DNA of 63,707 nt, filler included, from Octopus bimaculoides (taxonomy: Eukaryota), in the NCBI RefSeq assembly GCF_001194135.2. It is 4 parts of 4 records of this genome, joined end to end, with 100 filler letters (N's around TTAATTAATTAA, not from the genome) between each part and the next. Parts side by side here need not be neighbours in the genome. Positions count along the whole stretch, not along the records: positions 42,781 to 61,915 come from NC_068987.1; positions 62,016 to 63,707 come from NC_068988.1; 2 more parts are not named here. One strand, written 5' to 3'. Position numbers and translations under genes: made by a program. The notes below the pieces were generated by a model that did not search any database, was not told where the DNA came from, and saw only the letters and a list, made by a program, of their open reading frames with translations. Positions 51,941-63,707 of the stretch are shown here, in pieces. Each line of letters starts with the position of its first letter. The stretch's first letter is position 1.

Positions 51941-52400
51941 ATGAGTTGTTTTTTTTTAAATTTTTGCATACGTTATTAGGTACAGTACTACCTACATGAA
52001 TGTTTCCAACAATATCAACTCCATATGAAAACCGAAAACTGTTCCAGTTTGTCCATAAGATGGAGTTAGATTAAAAATGTTCTCTTTGAAAGTGTAAGTA
52101 GGCTGATTCCAATGTCCAGGGAGCAGACAAAGACCGAGTGCTTTGTTAGGATTGCTTATGCAATAACCAGCGATTCTTATTCGTTTGGAAGTGATTCGAG
52201 TACACAAAGCCGATGAGCTGCAAAACAGCCAAATATCGATATCAGAATGTTGCTGATTAGTGACTTCGAAGTTTCGGCCAGCTAAGCCATTTAACAGTAG
52301 TCATTTGATTGCAGCCATGCTGGGGCACTGCCTTGAATGGTTTCAGTCGAACAAATCAACCTATTCTTTAAAGCCTAGTACTTTTTTTTTATTTAATCTT

Positions 52401-52653
52401 AGGAGTGGCTGTGTGGTAAGTAGCTTGCTTACGAAGCACATGGTTCCGGGTTCAGTCCCACTGCGTGGCACCTTGGGCAGGTGACTTCTACTATAGCCTC
52501 GGGCCGACCAAAGCCTTGTGAGTGGATTTGGTAGACGGAAACTGAAAGAAGCCCGTCATATATATATATATATATGTATGTATGTGTGTGTATATGTTTG
52601 TGTGTCTGTGTTTATCCCCCCCAACATCGCTTGACAACCGATGCTGGTGTGTG
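52401..52653 (+). mobile_element. SINE family A running into a gap
   Basis: Head plus central part; 52555-52653 is repeated at 53195-53295. Confidence 0.85.
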
Positions 52654-53599
52654 NNNNNNNNNNNNNNNNNNNNNNNNNNNNNNNNNNNNNNNNNNNNNNN
52701 NNNNNNNNNNNNNNNNNNNNNNNNNNNNNNNNNNNNNNNNNNNNNNNNNNNNNNNNNNNNNNNNNNNNNNNNNNNNNNNNNNNNNNNNNNNNNNNNNNNN
52801 NNNNNNNNNNNNNNNNNNNNNNNNNNNNNNNNNNNNNNNNNNNNNNNNNNNNNNNNNNNNNNNNNNNNNNNNNNNNNNNNNNNNNNNNNNNNNNNNNNNN
52901 NNNNNNNNNNNNNNNNNNNNNNNNNNNNNNNNNNNNNNNNNNNNNNNGACACACGAAACCTGCAGATGCCAAACCAGCAAGGGGAAACTGCTGACCTCCC
53001 CTGTTCGAAGGTTATAAAGGACACAGGTTTCGTGTGTCACATAGCTAGCTAGAGGCGATGGCTTCTTGGAGCTAATTCACGGCAGCTTTCGTCCTAATTT
53101 TGGGACTGCCATGTTGGCTTGGCGATAACTATTAATTTCCAGTACCGCTGCCGTAGTCTCCTTTAGAGAGACTTAGAAATATTAATAACTCTCTCTCTAT
53201 ATATATATATATATGTATGTATGTGTGTGTATATGTTTGTGTGTCTGTGTTTATCCCCCCCAACATCGCTTGACAACCGATGCTGGTGTGTGTGTTATGA
53301 ATTCAGAGCCTACCGCGGTCAACTTTGTCTTTCACTGCTTCAGAGTCGATAAAGTAGAACCAGTTTTGGGCACTGGGATCGATGTAATTGACTAGCCCAT
53401 CTCCTAAAACTGAAACCACATGTGTATACATATATACATTTGCGTGTGTGTATGGGCGTGTGTGTACGTGTGTGTATGGGCGTGTGTGTGTGTACGTGTG
53501 TGTATGCGTCAATTATTGATGGAGAGGAAGAAATAACGTGAAGTATTTAATCAAATTGTTTACTCATATCTCACCAGTACTTTTACAATCATAGTTATT

Positions 53600-54036
53600 G
53601 GTCTCAATTTTGGCGCAAGGCCAGCAATTTCGGGATAGTGAGTAAATCGATTCGATCGACCCCAGTGAACTTATTTTATCGACCCCGAAAGGATTCTGAA
53701 ACGCAAAGTCGACCTCGGTGGAATTTGAACTCAGAGCGTCACAATGGACCAAATACCGCTAAGCATTTTGCCCGGTGTGCTAACGATTCTGCCAGCTTGC
53801 CGCCTCAATATATGTCCATGTATTGGTTTCAAAATTTGGAACAAGGCCAGCAAGTTCATGGAAGTGGGTCAGTCGATAACATCGACCCCAGTGTTTTACT
53901 GGTACTTATTTTATCAACGACGAAAGGATTTTAAAAAGCAAGGTCAACCTCGACGGTATTTGAAGTGAAAGCATAAAGGAGGAAATGCCACGAAACGTTT
54001 TGCCCGGTGTGCTAAGGATTCTACCAGCTCTCCACC

Positions 54037-54040
<4 letters not shown>
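53600..54040 (-). mobile_element. Two tandem SINE family C copies
   Basis: cgaccccag...gtcgacctcggtggaatttgaactcag...aagcattttgcccggtgtgctaa occurs twice. Confidence 0.75.
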
Positions 54041-54123
<83 letters not shown>

Positions 54124-54125
54124 TT

Positions 54126-54193
<68 letters not shown>

Positions 54194-54374
54194 TAACACA
54201 ATAACGCTACTACAACTACTAACTACACTATCCCCATAACCAGCTCACTACTATACTTATTTACCGCAACTACCACAACCACTTTAATTGCTACAATCAA
54301 TGCACTATAATAAATACTATAGGAGCCACCATAGCCATCACAATATCACAAGTAACAAAACCATTACAAGACGC

Positions 54375-54530
54375 AGGCCTGGCTGTGTGGTAAGAAGTTT
54401 GCTTCCCAAGCACATGGCACCAGGTTCGGTCCCACTTGTTGGCACCTTGGGCAAGTGTCTTCTACGATAGGCTCTTCCCAACCAAAGCCTTGTGAGTGGT
54501 TTTGGCACACGGAAACTGAAAGAAGCCCAT

Positions 54531-54611
<81 letters not shown>

Positions 54612-55035
54612 GGCTTTTTGCAATTGGCGCCAGAGAGAGGAAAGGTAATAGTAATAATCGCGGTGCGAAACTGTTATGATCTCTTCGACGTTGACTGATG
54701 AGGAATTAGCAACAAATTTTCCGTTTGCTATGTTTTTATTAATTCTTTGAAATATTTGTGTGTGTGTGTGTGTGTTTGTGTGTGCGCGTGCGTGTGTGTG
54801 TGCGCGCATGTGCGTGTGCGTCTTTGTGTTTGTTCTCCATCACTGCTTGACAACCGGTGTTGGTTTGTTTACGACCCCCCGTAACTTAACGGCTCGGCAA
54901 AAGAGAACGATAGAATAACTGCCAGGCTTAAAAGAAAACAAATATGGTACTGGGGTCGATTCGTTCGACTAAAAATCTTTCAAGGCGGTGCCCCAGCATG
55001 GTCACAGTCTAATGACTGAAACAAATAAAAGATAA
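54375..55035 (+). mobile_element. SINE family A with a nested insertion
   Basis: Head at 54375, insertion at about 54610-54755, tail to 55035. Confidence 0.75.
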
Positions 55036-55059
55036 AAGATAGTATAATGAAGCACTTCC

Positions 55060-56070
<1,011 letters not shown>

Positions 56071-56188
56071 ATTGATATTAATATTCTGTAAGTATCCTTC
56101 AAAGAAAAATGTTAGCCTTAGTTCTGTAAGCTCGTAATAACCCTGATGAAGTTCTGCCCCATGTATTTAAAAAATTATACCTTTCTTA

Positions 56189-56353
56189 GGCGCAGGAGTG
56201 GCTGTGTGGTAAGTAGCTTGCCTACCAGCCACATGGTTCCGGGTTCAGTCCCACTGCGTGGCACCTTGGGCAAGTGTCTTCTACTATAGCCTCGGGCCGA
56301 CCAAAACCTTGTGAGTGGATTTGGTAGGCAGAAACTGAAAGAAGCCCGTCGTA

Positions 56354-56433
<80 letters not shown>

Positions 56434-56640
56434 TATGCCTGTGTTTGTCCCGCCAACATCGCTTGACAACCGATGCTGGTGTGTTTATGTCCCTGTAACT
56501 TAGCGGTTCGGCAAAAGTGACCGATAGAATAAGTACTAGGCATCCAAGTCCTGGGGTCGATTTGCTCGACTAAAGGCGGTGCTCCAGCATGGCCGCAGTC
56601 AAATGACTGAAACAAGTAAATGAGTAAAGAGTAAGAGTAA
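56189..56640 (+). mobile_element. SINE family A, full length
   Basis: Head, microsatellite, tail and (agtaa)n end. Confidence 0.9.
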
Positions 56641-56919
56641 ATGAATTATTCATACATCCATTTTTCTCCATTTACTTTCTTTCAATATTGATAATATGTA
56701 TTACTACAATAATCCCTTACATATTGCAGTGACTTTCGCATTATATGATAGTGATTAACCAGTGGAATCTTTTGGATTATATAATCCTAATGTGGATCTA
56801 ACTTCCTCGAATTAACTATATATATTTATATAGTTGAAATTTACAGAAAAACAAAAGACGAAGACAGGTGTATGAACAACAAGTAAGTGTAGTAGTTTGA
56901 CGCTCGGGAAAGTGAGAAA

Positions 56920-56958
56920 GTCTTTTACGTGTCGAGCCTACGCTCTTCAACAGAAAGA
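56920..56958 (-). ncRNA. Degenerate minimal hammerhead ribozyme motif
   Basis: ucuuu-CUGUUGA-a-gagc(guag)gcuc-GACACGUA-aaaga; two core substitutions. Confidence 0.45.
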
Positions 56959-57426
56959 AATAAGAGAAAATAAACAAGAGAGATAAAAAAAAAAAAAACT
57001 TGTGGATTTAGCGATCGACCAAGCATGGCGACTGGTTGAGGGGAAAAGAGGTTTGACAGGAGAGGTAGAAAGAAGGGGAGATAATAAAGTATTGGTGATC
57101 CCAATAATATAAGAAACAAGTCTAAAATAATGGTCATTATATATTTTTCCTTTATTGGAACAAATTTGACTTACAGTTGTCTCCAGTAATAATTATAGGT
57201 GTATTACTGACAAGCTTACTCAATTGGTCTTTTGATCAATCGAGGAAAATCGAATGACCTAAGAAAATTAATGCTACTTTCATCAAAAATAGCTCAATAA
57301 TGTATCTATATTGTTTACTATAAACTGTAAGCTAAATTTGCTCCAATAAAGGAAAAATATGTAATGACCATTATTTTTAACATTATTTACATTTGACGGA
57401 TATTTGTCCTCATTTTGTTTGTTGTT

Positions 57427-57474
57427 AACACAACGTTTCGGCTGATATACCCACCAGCCTTCGTCGGATGTCTT
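57427..57474 (-). ncRNA. Degenerate minimal hammerhead ribozyme motif (family D)
   Basis: acau-CCGACGA-a-ggcug/cagcc-GAAACGUU-gugu. Confidence 0.55.
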
Positions 57475-57555
57475 GGGGAAATTTTGAACCTGGGTTTTCA
57501 TTCCTAACGATGTTACTATTATTATATTATTATTATTATTACTATTATTATTAAT

Positions 57556-57627
57556 CAGGTCGCTGCCGTGAATCGAACTCGGAGTCTTGGGGTTAGTAGC
57601 CCGCGCTCTTAACCACTACGCCATATG
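57556..57627 (-). promoter_or_regulatory. tRNA-like module with Pol III A and B boxes
   Basis: TGGCGTAGTGG (A box), GAGTTCGATTC (B box), GGG-CTACTAA-CCC anticodon-like arm; not a complete tRNA. Confidence 0.65.
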
Positions 57628-57659
57628 CCCGTCGGCAATTATGGAGTGAATTTTTGGGC

Positions 57660-57897
57660 TTATAAATCTATTATTTTTCTATCCTTTCTCAATACCGGTT
57701 CCCATATGCTATTCATATCTGCACTCGGTCTGCTTAGGAGGTTGTTGTGTCCTAGCATATGTGCTGCTTCTTTTAGTTTTCGTATTTTCCAGTGTTGTTC
57801 CCTGTCTATTATTTTAACTTCATCCCACAGGGGGAGGTGGTCTCCATTTTGCCATACATGATCAGCTATACCCGATTTATCAATATCTCCTCGTGTC
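57660..57897 (-). mobile_element. Penelope-like element, GIY-YIG endonuclease C-terminal fragment
   Basis: KSGIADHVWQNGDHLPLWDEVKIIDREQHWKIRKLKEAAHM...LLSRPSADMNSIWEPVL fits the PLE motif S.iaeH...gH...W....Il..E.....R..kEa..I; upstream part is lost in a gap. Confidence 0.8.
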
Positions 57898-58143
57898 ANN
57901 NNNNNNNNNNNNNNNNNNNNNNNNNNNNNNNNNNNNNNNNNNNNNNNNNNNNNNNNNNNNNNNNNNNNNNNNNNNNNNNNNNNNNNNNNNNNNNNNNNNN
58001 NNNNNNNNNNNNNNNNNNNNNNNNNNNNNNNNNNNNNNNNNNNNNNNNNNNNNNNNNNNNNNNNNNNNNNNNNNNNNNNNNNNNNNNNNNNNNNNNNNNN
58101 NNNNNNNNNNNNNNNNNNNNNNNNNNNNNNNNNNNNNNNNNNN

Positions 58144-58175
<32 letters not shown>

Positions 58176-58244
58176 ATTTACTTTTCGTAATGAGATAAAA
58201 AAAAACCCAAGGCTGTGTACATTATAGAACATTTACAAATAGAA

Positions 58245-58294
58245 GGTCTTACAGCTGTTTCCAGGATATTTATTATATCCCTTCATCGGAGACG
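58245..58294 (-). ncRNA. Degenerate minimal hammerhead ribozyme motif
   Basis: gucu-CCGAUGA-a-gggauau(aauaa)auauccu-g-GAAAC-AGCU-GUA-agac. Confidence 0.55.
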
Positions 58295-59285
58295 GTGTGA
58301 GAAGATGGTTAAGCAATAGTTAGTTTAGATAAGATAGGAAATAGAGAGTGAATGTAGGGATATTGTATTTGTAAATCCATTGTTTAGGCAGAATGGTATA
58401 CCTATAAGATTCCAATACCTTGTGAGTAAAATCCAATAGTCCTAAAGATTGGTCATTACATTTGTAAATCCATTATTAAGATTCCAATACCTTATGAGTG
58501 AAATCCAACTGTCTTTGAAATTGGTCATTCTAAATATAGAGTTTATACACAGTGTTATTGAATCAAGGGTTCTGTTTAAAGTGACCTAAAAGTAGGGAAT
58601 GTATTAGTAAGGATTTGGTAGACGGAAACTACAACAGGCTTCTTTCAGTTTCTCCCAACCAAATCCGTTCATAAGGCTTTAGTCAGCTTGGAGCTATAGT
58701 AGAAGACACTTGCTCAAGAACCCGGAACCATGTGGCTGGGAAGCAAATTTCTTACCACACAGCCACGCCTCCATATTGATACATTTCCGTTGTATAATAC
58801 AGTAGTGAAGCCTGAGTAATAACAGGCGTTGAAACGGGTCTGTTGTGTTGTGTAATTGTGAAATCTAGACACTGGCACACACTAGCAGAGGAATCGCTGG
58901 ATAACGCTCTTTTAAGATGTGTACTCGAAAGTATATTTTCTCCTCTAAGTAAACACAATGTGCAATTGCATGAATGCAGAAGTTTCCATCTGATAACATT
59001 TAAGTATAAAAATACTAATATTGATCAAGCTTATCTTTGGGAAGACCAAAAATATTACTGGTCATTGTACTAAATCCCAGAAATAACTCTATAGTGTTTC
59101 TAGAGATTTTTCAAGATATATGTTTCCTAATATAGCATGGACGTAACTATATTCAGTGAAGCTGCTGGTGTTGCTGTGGATTTTGACCAATGGTGAATAT
59201 TAATTCGCTCATTTGTGAGAGCACATTTCTAACACTGTGATCTGCCAACCCTTATGGAAATAGAAGAAAACGTCTCTCTCTCCCC

Positions 59286-59344
<59 letters not shown>

Positions 59345-59355
59345 CCTCTCTCTCT

Positions 59356-59384
<29 letters not shown>

Positions 59385-59386
<2 letters not shown>

Positions 59387-59568
59387 GGCGTAGGAGTGAC
59401 TGTGTGGTAAGTAGCTTGCTTACGAACCACATGGTTCCGGGTTCAGTCCCACTGCGTGGCACCTTGGGCAGGTGACTTCTACTATAGCCTCGGGCCGACC
59501 AAAGCCTTGTGAGTGGATTTGGTATACGGAAACTGAAAGAAGCCCGTCGTATATACGTATATGTATAT
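59385..59568 (+). mobile_element. SINE family A head running into a gap
   Basis: ggcgtaggagtgactgtgtggtaagtag... Confidence 0.85.
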
Positions 59569-60204
59569 NNNNNNNNNNNNNNNNNNNNNNNNNNNNNNNN
59601 NNNNNNNNNNNNNNNNNNNNNNNNNNNNNNNNNNNNNNNNNNNNNNNNNNNNNNNNNNNNNNNNNNNNNNNNNNNNNNNNNNNNNNNNNNNNNNNNNNNN
59701 NNNNNNNNNNNNNNNNNNNNNNNNNNNNNNNNNNNNNNNNNNNNNNNNNNNNNNNNNNNNNNNNNNNNNNNNNNNNNNNNNNNNNNNNNNNNNNNNNNNN
59801 NNNNNNNNNNNNNNNNNNNNNNNNNNNNNNNNNNNNNNNNNNNNNNNNNNNNNNNNNNNNNNNNNNNNNNNNNNNNNNNNNNNNNNNNNNNNNNNNNNNN
59901 NNNNNNNNNNNNNNNNNNNNNNNNNNNNNNNNNNNNNNNNNNNNNNNNNNNNNNNNNNNNNNNNNNNNNNNNNNNNNNNNNNNNNNNNNNNNNNNNNNNN
60001 NNNNNNNNNNNNNNNNNNNNNNNNNNNNNNNNNNNNNNNNNNNNNNNNNNNNNNNNNNNNNNNNNNNNNNNNNNNNNNNNNNNNNNNNNNNNNNNNNNNN
60101 NNNNNNNNNNNNNNNNNNNNNNNNNNNNNNNNNNNNNNNNNNNNNNNNNNNNNNTATATATGTCTGTCAGTTTGCATATATATATAAATATGCGCGCGCG
60201 CGAC

Positions 60205-60360
60205 GGCCTTCTTTCAGTTTCCGTCTACCAAATTCATTCACAAGGTTTTGGTCAGCCAGGGACTTTAATAGGAGACACTTGCCGAAGGTGCCACACAATG
60301 GGCCGGAACCCAAGACAGCATGGTTGGAGAGCAAACTTTTTACCCACGCACCCACACCAG
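60205..60360 (-). mobile_element. SINE family A head, diverged
   Basis: cttctttcagtttccgtctaccaaattc...gacacttgccgaaggtgccacac. Confidence 0.75.
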
Positions 60361-60949
60361 TCAAAGACGCTCCAGCCATGGTCATCTTCCTTTATACGGC
60401 ATAGTAAACCTGGGACTACGCTATCCAATGCTCTTTTTTTTTAATGGCAACAGTGCAATATGAGGAAGATTTGGTTGTTTTTTTCTATCAGATTGAATCA
60501 ACTCATGGATCGAATGACGTCCATAGTTCATGTTGTTACTGCTATGTAACCCAAGGTCACTCCTGATTCAATGGACATTTCAATCGTGACCACCCTGTCT
60601 TTTACCAAAGTGCAATAGAGTGTATCCAGCTCCAGGGTCTCCAATATATCCTTTGTTTTTCTAAGATCCCACAATGTTCGGCGAGAGGTATTTAGCTGTT
60701 ATTTCTACCAGATCAAATGACTACATATAGTTCTATCATAGTAAGAGAGTGGTATCACCGTTGTTGTTGCAGATGTTGTCTGTTTGTGCACACAAAGACG
60801 TTCTAACTATGACCATCACGTCTTTCTCTATGTCTAGGAAAGACTACTGGTCAATGTGTCATTTGTTTTTTAAGACGGTAGAGAGAGATTTGAGGGAATT
60901 TCGTTTACTATTTCTAGCAGTTGGTTTGGTTATGGTAGGAGGATTGGTG

Positions 60950-61368
60950 GTAGAAACGGTGGTAGTAGTGGTGGTGGTGGCCGTTGTTGTGGTACTGGTT
61001 GTGGTAGTGGAGGTTGTGGTGGAGGTGGTGGTTAGTAGTAGAGGTGGTGGTAATGGTTGTTGTGGTAGAAGTGGCAGTGGTAAGTTGGTGGTTGGTGGTA
61101 GTGGTAGTAGTTGTGGTGATGGTAGTAGTAGCTGGTGGTCATGGTTAGGATGGCGGTAGTGCTAGTGTTGGCGATAGAGGTTGTATAGGTGGCAGTACTG
61201 GGATTGTACTGAGAGCGGTGGTGGTGTTTGTAGTGAGGGTGGTGTTTCTGGTGAGGGTGTTGGTTAGGTTGTAGTGATGTTACTAGTAAAAAACAGTGGG
61301 TAGTGGAGGTGGTGGAGATGGTGCTCTCGACAACGGCCAATAAGTCATAACTCCACCAAATGCATAGA

Positions 61369-61414
<46 letters not shown>

Positions 61415-61497
61415 GGCAGTAGTAGCAGCAACAGCAACAATCGCATCATCATCATCATCATCATCATCACCATCACCATCACCATCATCATCATCCT

Positions 61498-61528
<31 letters not shown>

Positions 61529-61915
61529 ATCATCATCATCACTATCACCGTCAGAAGCATCATTATCACAAACACATTCATCATCATTATCATCGTCATC
61601 ATCATGATTATCAACACTATCACCACCACCGTCATCGTCATCACCATCATTACAATCATCATTATCATCATTACCAGCATCATAACTACTGCTACTATCA
61701 TCATCATCATCATCGTCTTCATCTCTCACCGCCACCACCACCACCACCACCACTACCATTACCACCACCGCCATCAACATTATCATCAGCACCACTATCA
61801 CCATAACAACCACCACCACTACCACCGCCATCGCCGCCACCAGTAACATTACCGTCATTAATTCCATCACCACAACCACCAACACCACCACCACAACCAC
61901 CAACACCATCACAAC
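60950..61915. repeat. Cryptic trinucleotide low-complexity field (GGT/CAT/CAC)
   Basis: Direct reading. Confidence 0.85.
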
Positions 61916-62015
61916 NNNNNNNNNNNNNNNNNNNNNNNNNNNNNNNNNNNNNNNNNNNNTTAATTAATTAANNNNNNNNNNNNNNNNNNNNNNNNNNNNN
62001 NNNNNNNNNNNNNNN

Positions 62016-62336
62016 CTGTCATTACAGTATCGAAATGTGATTGTTTCAGTTAGTAGAATAGTTTCATTTTTAAAGTGAAAGTATTTGACATGAGTGTTTT
62101 TGTTTCACTTTTGACACGTAATACTTAAATAGTGGAGGAGATATTATGTTGCCGTGGGCTCGAACTCCGCAAGAAGTTAATAATTTTTTTTTACTAAAAC
62201 ACAACTGGAACCCTAAGTAAGGCATCTGTAAAATTTGAATGAAATTGGTTGCGTAGTTCTCGAGTTTTAGGGATTCACACAGACAGACAGACAGACAGAC
62301 AGACAGGCACACATTCTCATTTTTATATATATAGAT
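62016..62336 (-). mobile_element. Helitron-like non-autonomous element, 5' part
   Basis: Minus strand begins atctatatatataaaaatgagaatgtgtg, then (ctgt)n and accaatttcattcaaatttt. Confidence 0.5.
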
Positions 62337-62450
62337 AACAAAAAACTTTCCTCTGTTAAGACGTAAAATTTCAAAATATCGATATAGATAGCTAGATAGA
62401 TAGAGAGAGGGAGAGATTGAGATAGTGAGACAGACACAGAGAGATCGATC

Positions 62451-62500
<50 letters not shown>

Positions 62501-62786
62501 GAGAGAAAGAGAGAAAGAGGGGGGAGAAAGAGACAGACAAACAGACAGAGTTATAAATATATTTTTGCATTTAGAAGCATTGAGAAATTTGAAAATTAGA
62601 TATTATGCAGGGTTACTGAAAAGCCTATATACCATAGCACTTGACACAAAAATACACACCACAGTACGTGAGTGTGTATATGCGTATATGTGTACTTGTG
62701 AGTATGTATGTATGTATGTATGTATGTATGTATGTGTGTGTGTATGTATGTATGTATGTATGTATGTATGTATGTATGTGTGTGTG

Positions 62787-62817
<31 letters not shown>

Positions 62818-63292
62818 TTGTGTAAGGCTTAGAAGTGGTTCACGTCAAGAGAATATTAATACTAATATTAATATATAATCGTAATATGAAAAAAAAAATT
62901 AACAAAGACACGCGCACACATAGATGACTTCCTAGAATTAATTTACTGAGGAAACCCTTTGACCTCCACGAAATACCTTAACCTAAGCAAATATGATTGG
63001 TTGCAGGGTTTCAGCGTTGAAGCCCTATAGGGTGTGCAGTCTGTCAGGTTTAAAAGCCATATTCTAAAAATCACGACAGATTGTCATCTTGGATCACATC
63101 AAATTAGAGCTATATTCTCTATGGGGAGTGAGAAATGCTTGCAATTAGATTTTCTGGCTGTCTTTTAATATTATCATAACGTGTATATATATATGTATGT
63201 ATGCATGTATATATTTGTGTGCGAGTGTGTATGTAAGTATGTATACACCAAATAGTATATAGCTTACACTCAGTCGCTTTTACTTACTGACA

Positions 63293-63339
<47 letters not shown>

Positions 63340-63358
63340 NNNNNNNNNNNNNNNTCCT

Positions 63359-63406
<48 letters not shown>

Positions 63407-63668
63407 CTCTCTCTGTATAAATATATATATCCATACATGTATGTGTGTGCGTGTATGTATAATAATAATGTATATGACTTGCGATGTTTGCCTCGCCTTA
63501 ACGATTGTTGTCCTCTTTAAGAATTATATATCCGCGATGTCGTAAATCTGCAATGGCTCCATAACTACCGCCCCAGCTACAACCTTGGAGTTCTAGTAAT
63601 CCGTCACAGCACTTACCTAGCGTACCTAATCGTTTAGATCACCTGTGAACTAAAAACCCCATACTTTG

Positions 63669-63707
<39 letters not shown>

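Noticed and set aside
50150-52260. Several unique-looking ORFs of 60-85 aa
   Set aside because: Stops in all frames, no consistent splice phases and no recognisable domains
57556-57627. Functional tRNA gene
   Set aside because: No complete acceptor stem, non-standard ACT anticodon, and part of a dispersed repeat

Overview
AT-rich, gapped eukaryotic scaffold. The repeat content suggests a cephalopod, probably Octopus (inference). Main gene: the 3' part of a C2CD3 orthologue on the minus strand, with 13 GT-AG exons in consistent phase from 22895 to the stop at 8059-8061 (4004 nt, about 1333 aa), including a 2.2 kb low-complexity exon. Its 5' exons were not found beyond a 100-nt scaffold spacer at 23337-23436. 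A second, unidentified minus-strand gene with a C2H2/CCHC-type zinc finger has two exons (2920-3258, 1107-1196). The rest is dominated by at least four tRNA-derived SINE families, microsatellites, MITEs, and decayed mariner, maT, R4, RTE, Penelope and Helitron-like fragments. Best lead: degenerate minimal hammerhead-ribozyme motifs. One sits in a Penelope ORF-end / tRNA-like Pol III module / (AAT)n / hammerhead cassette, and the same module occurs without the ORF inside a C2CD3 intron. All calls were made by eye; homologies are recalled, not searched.
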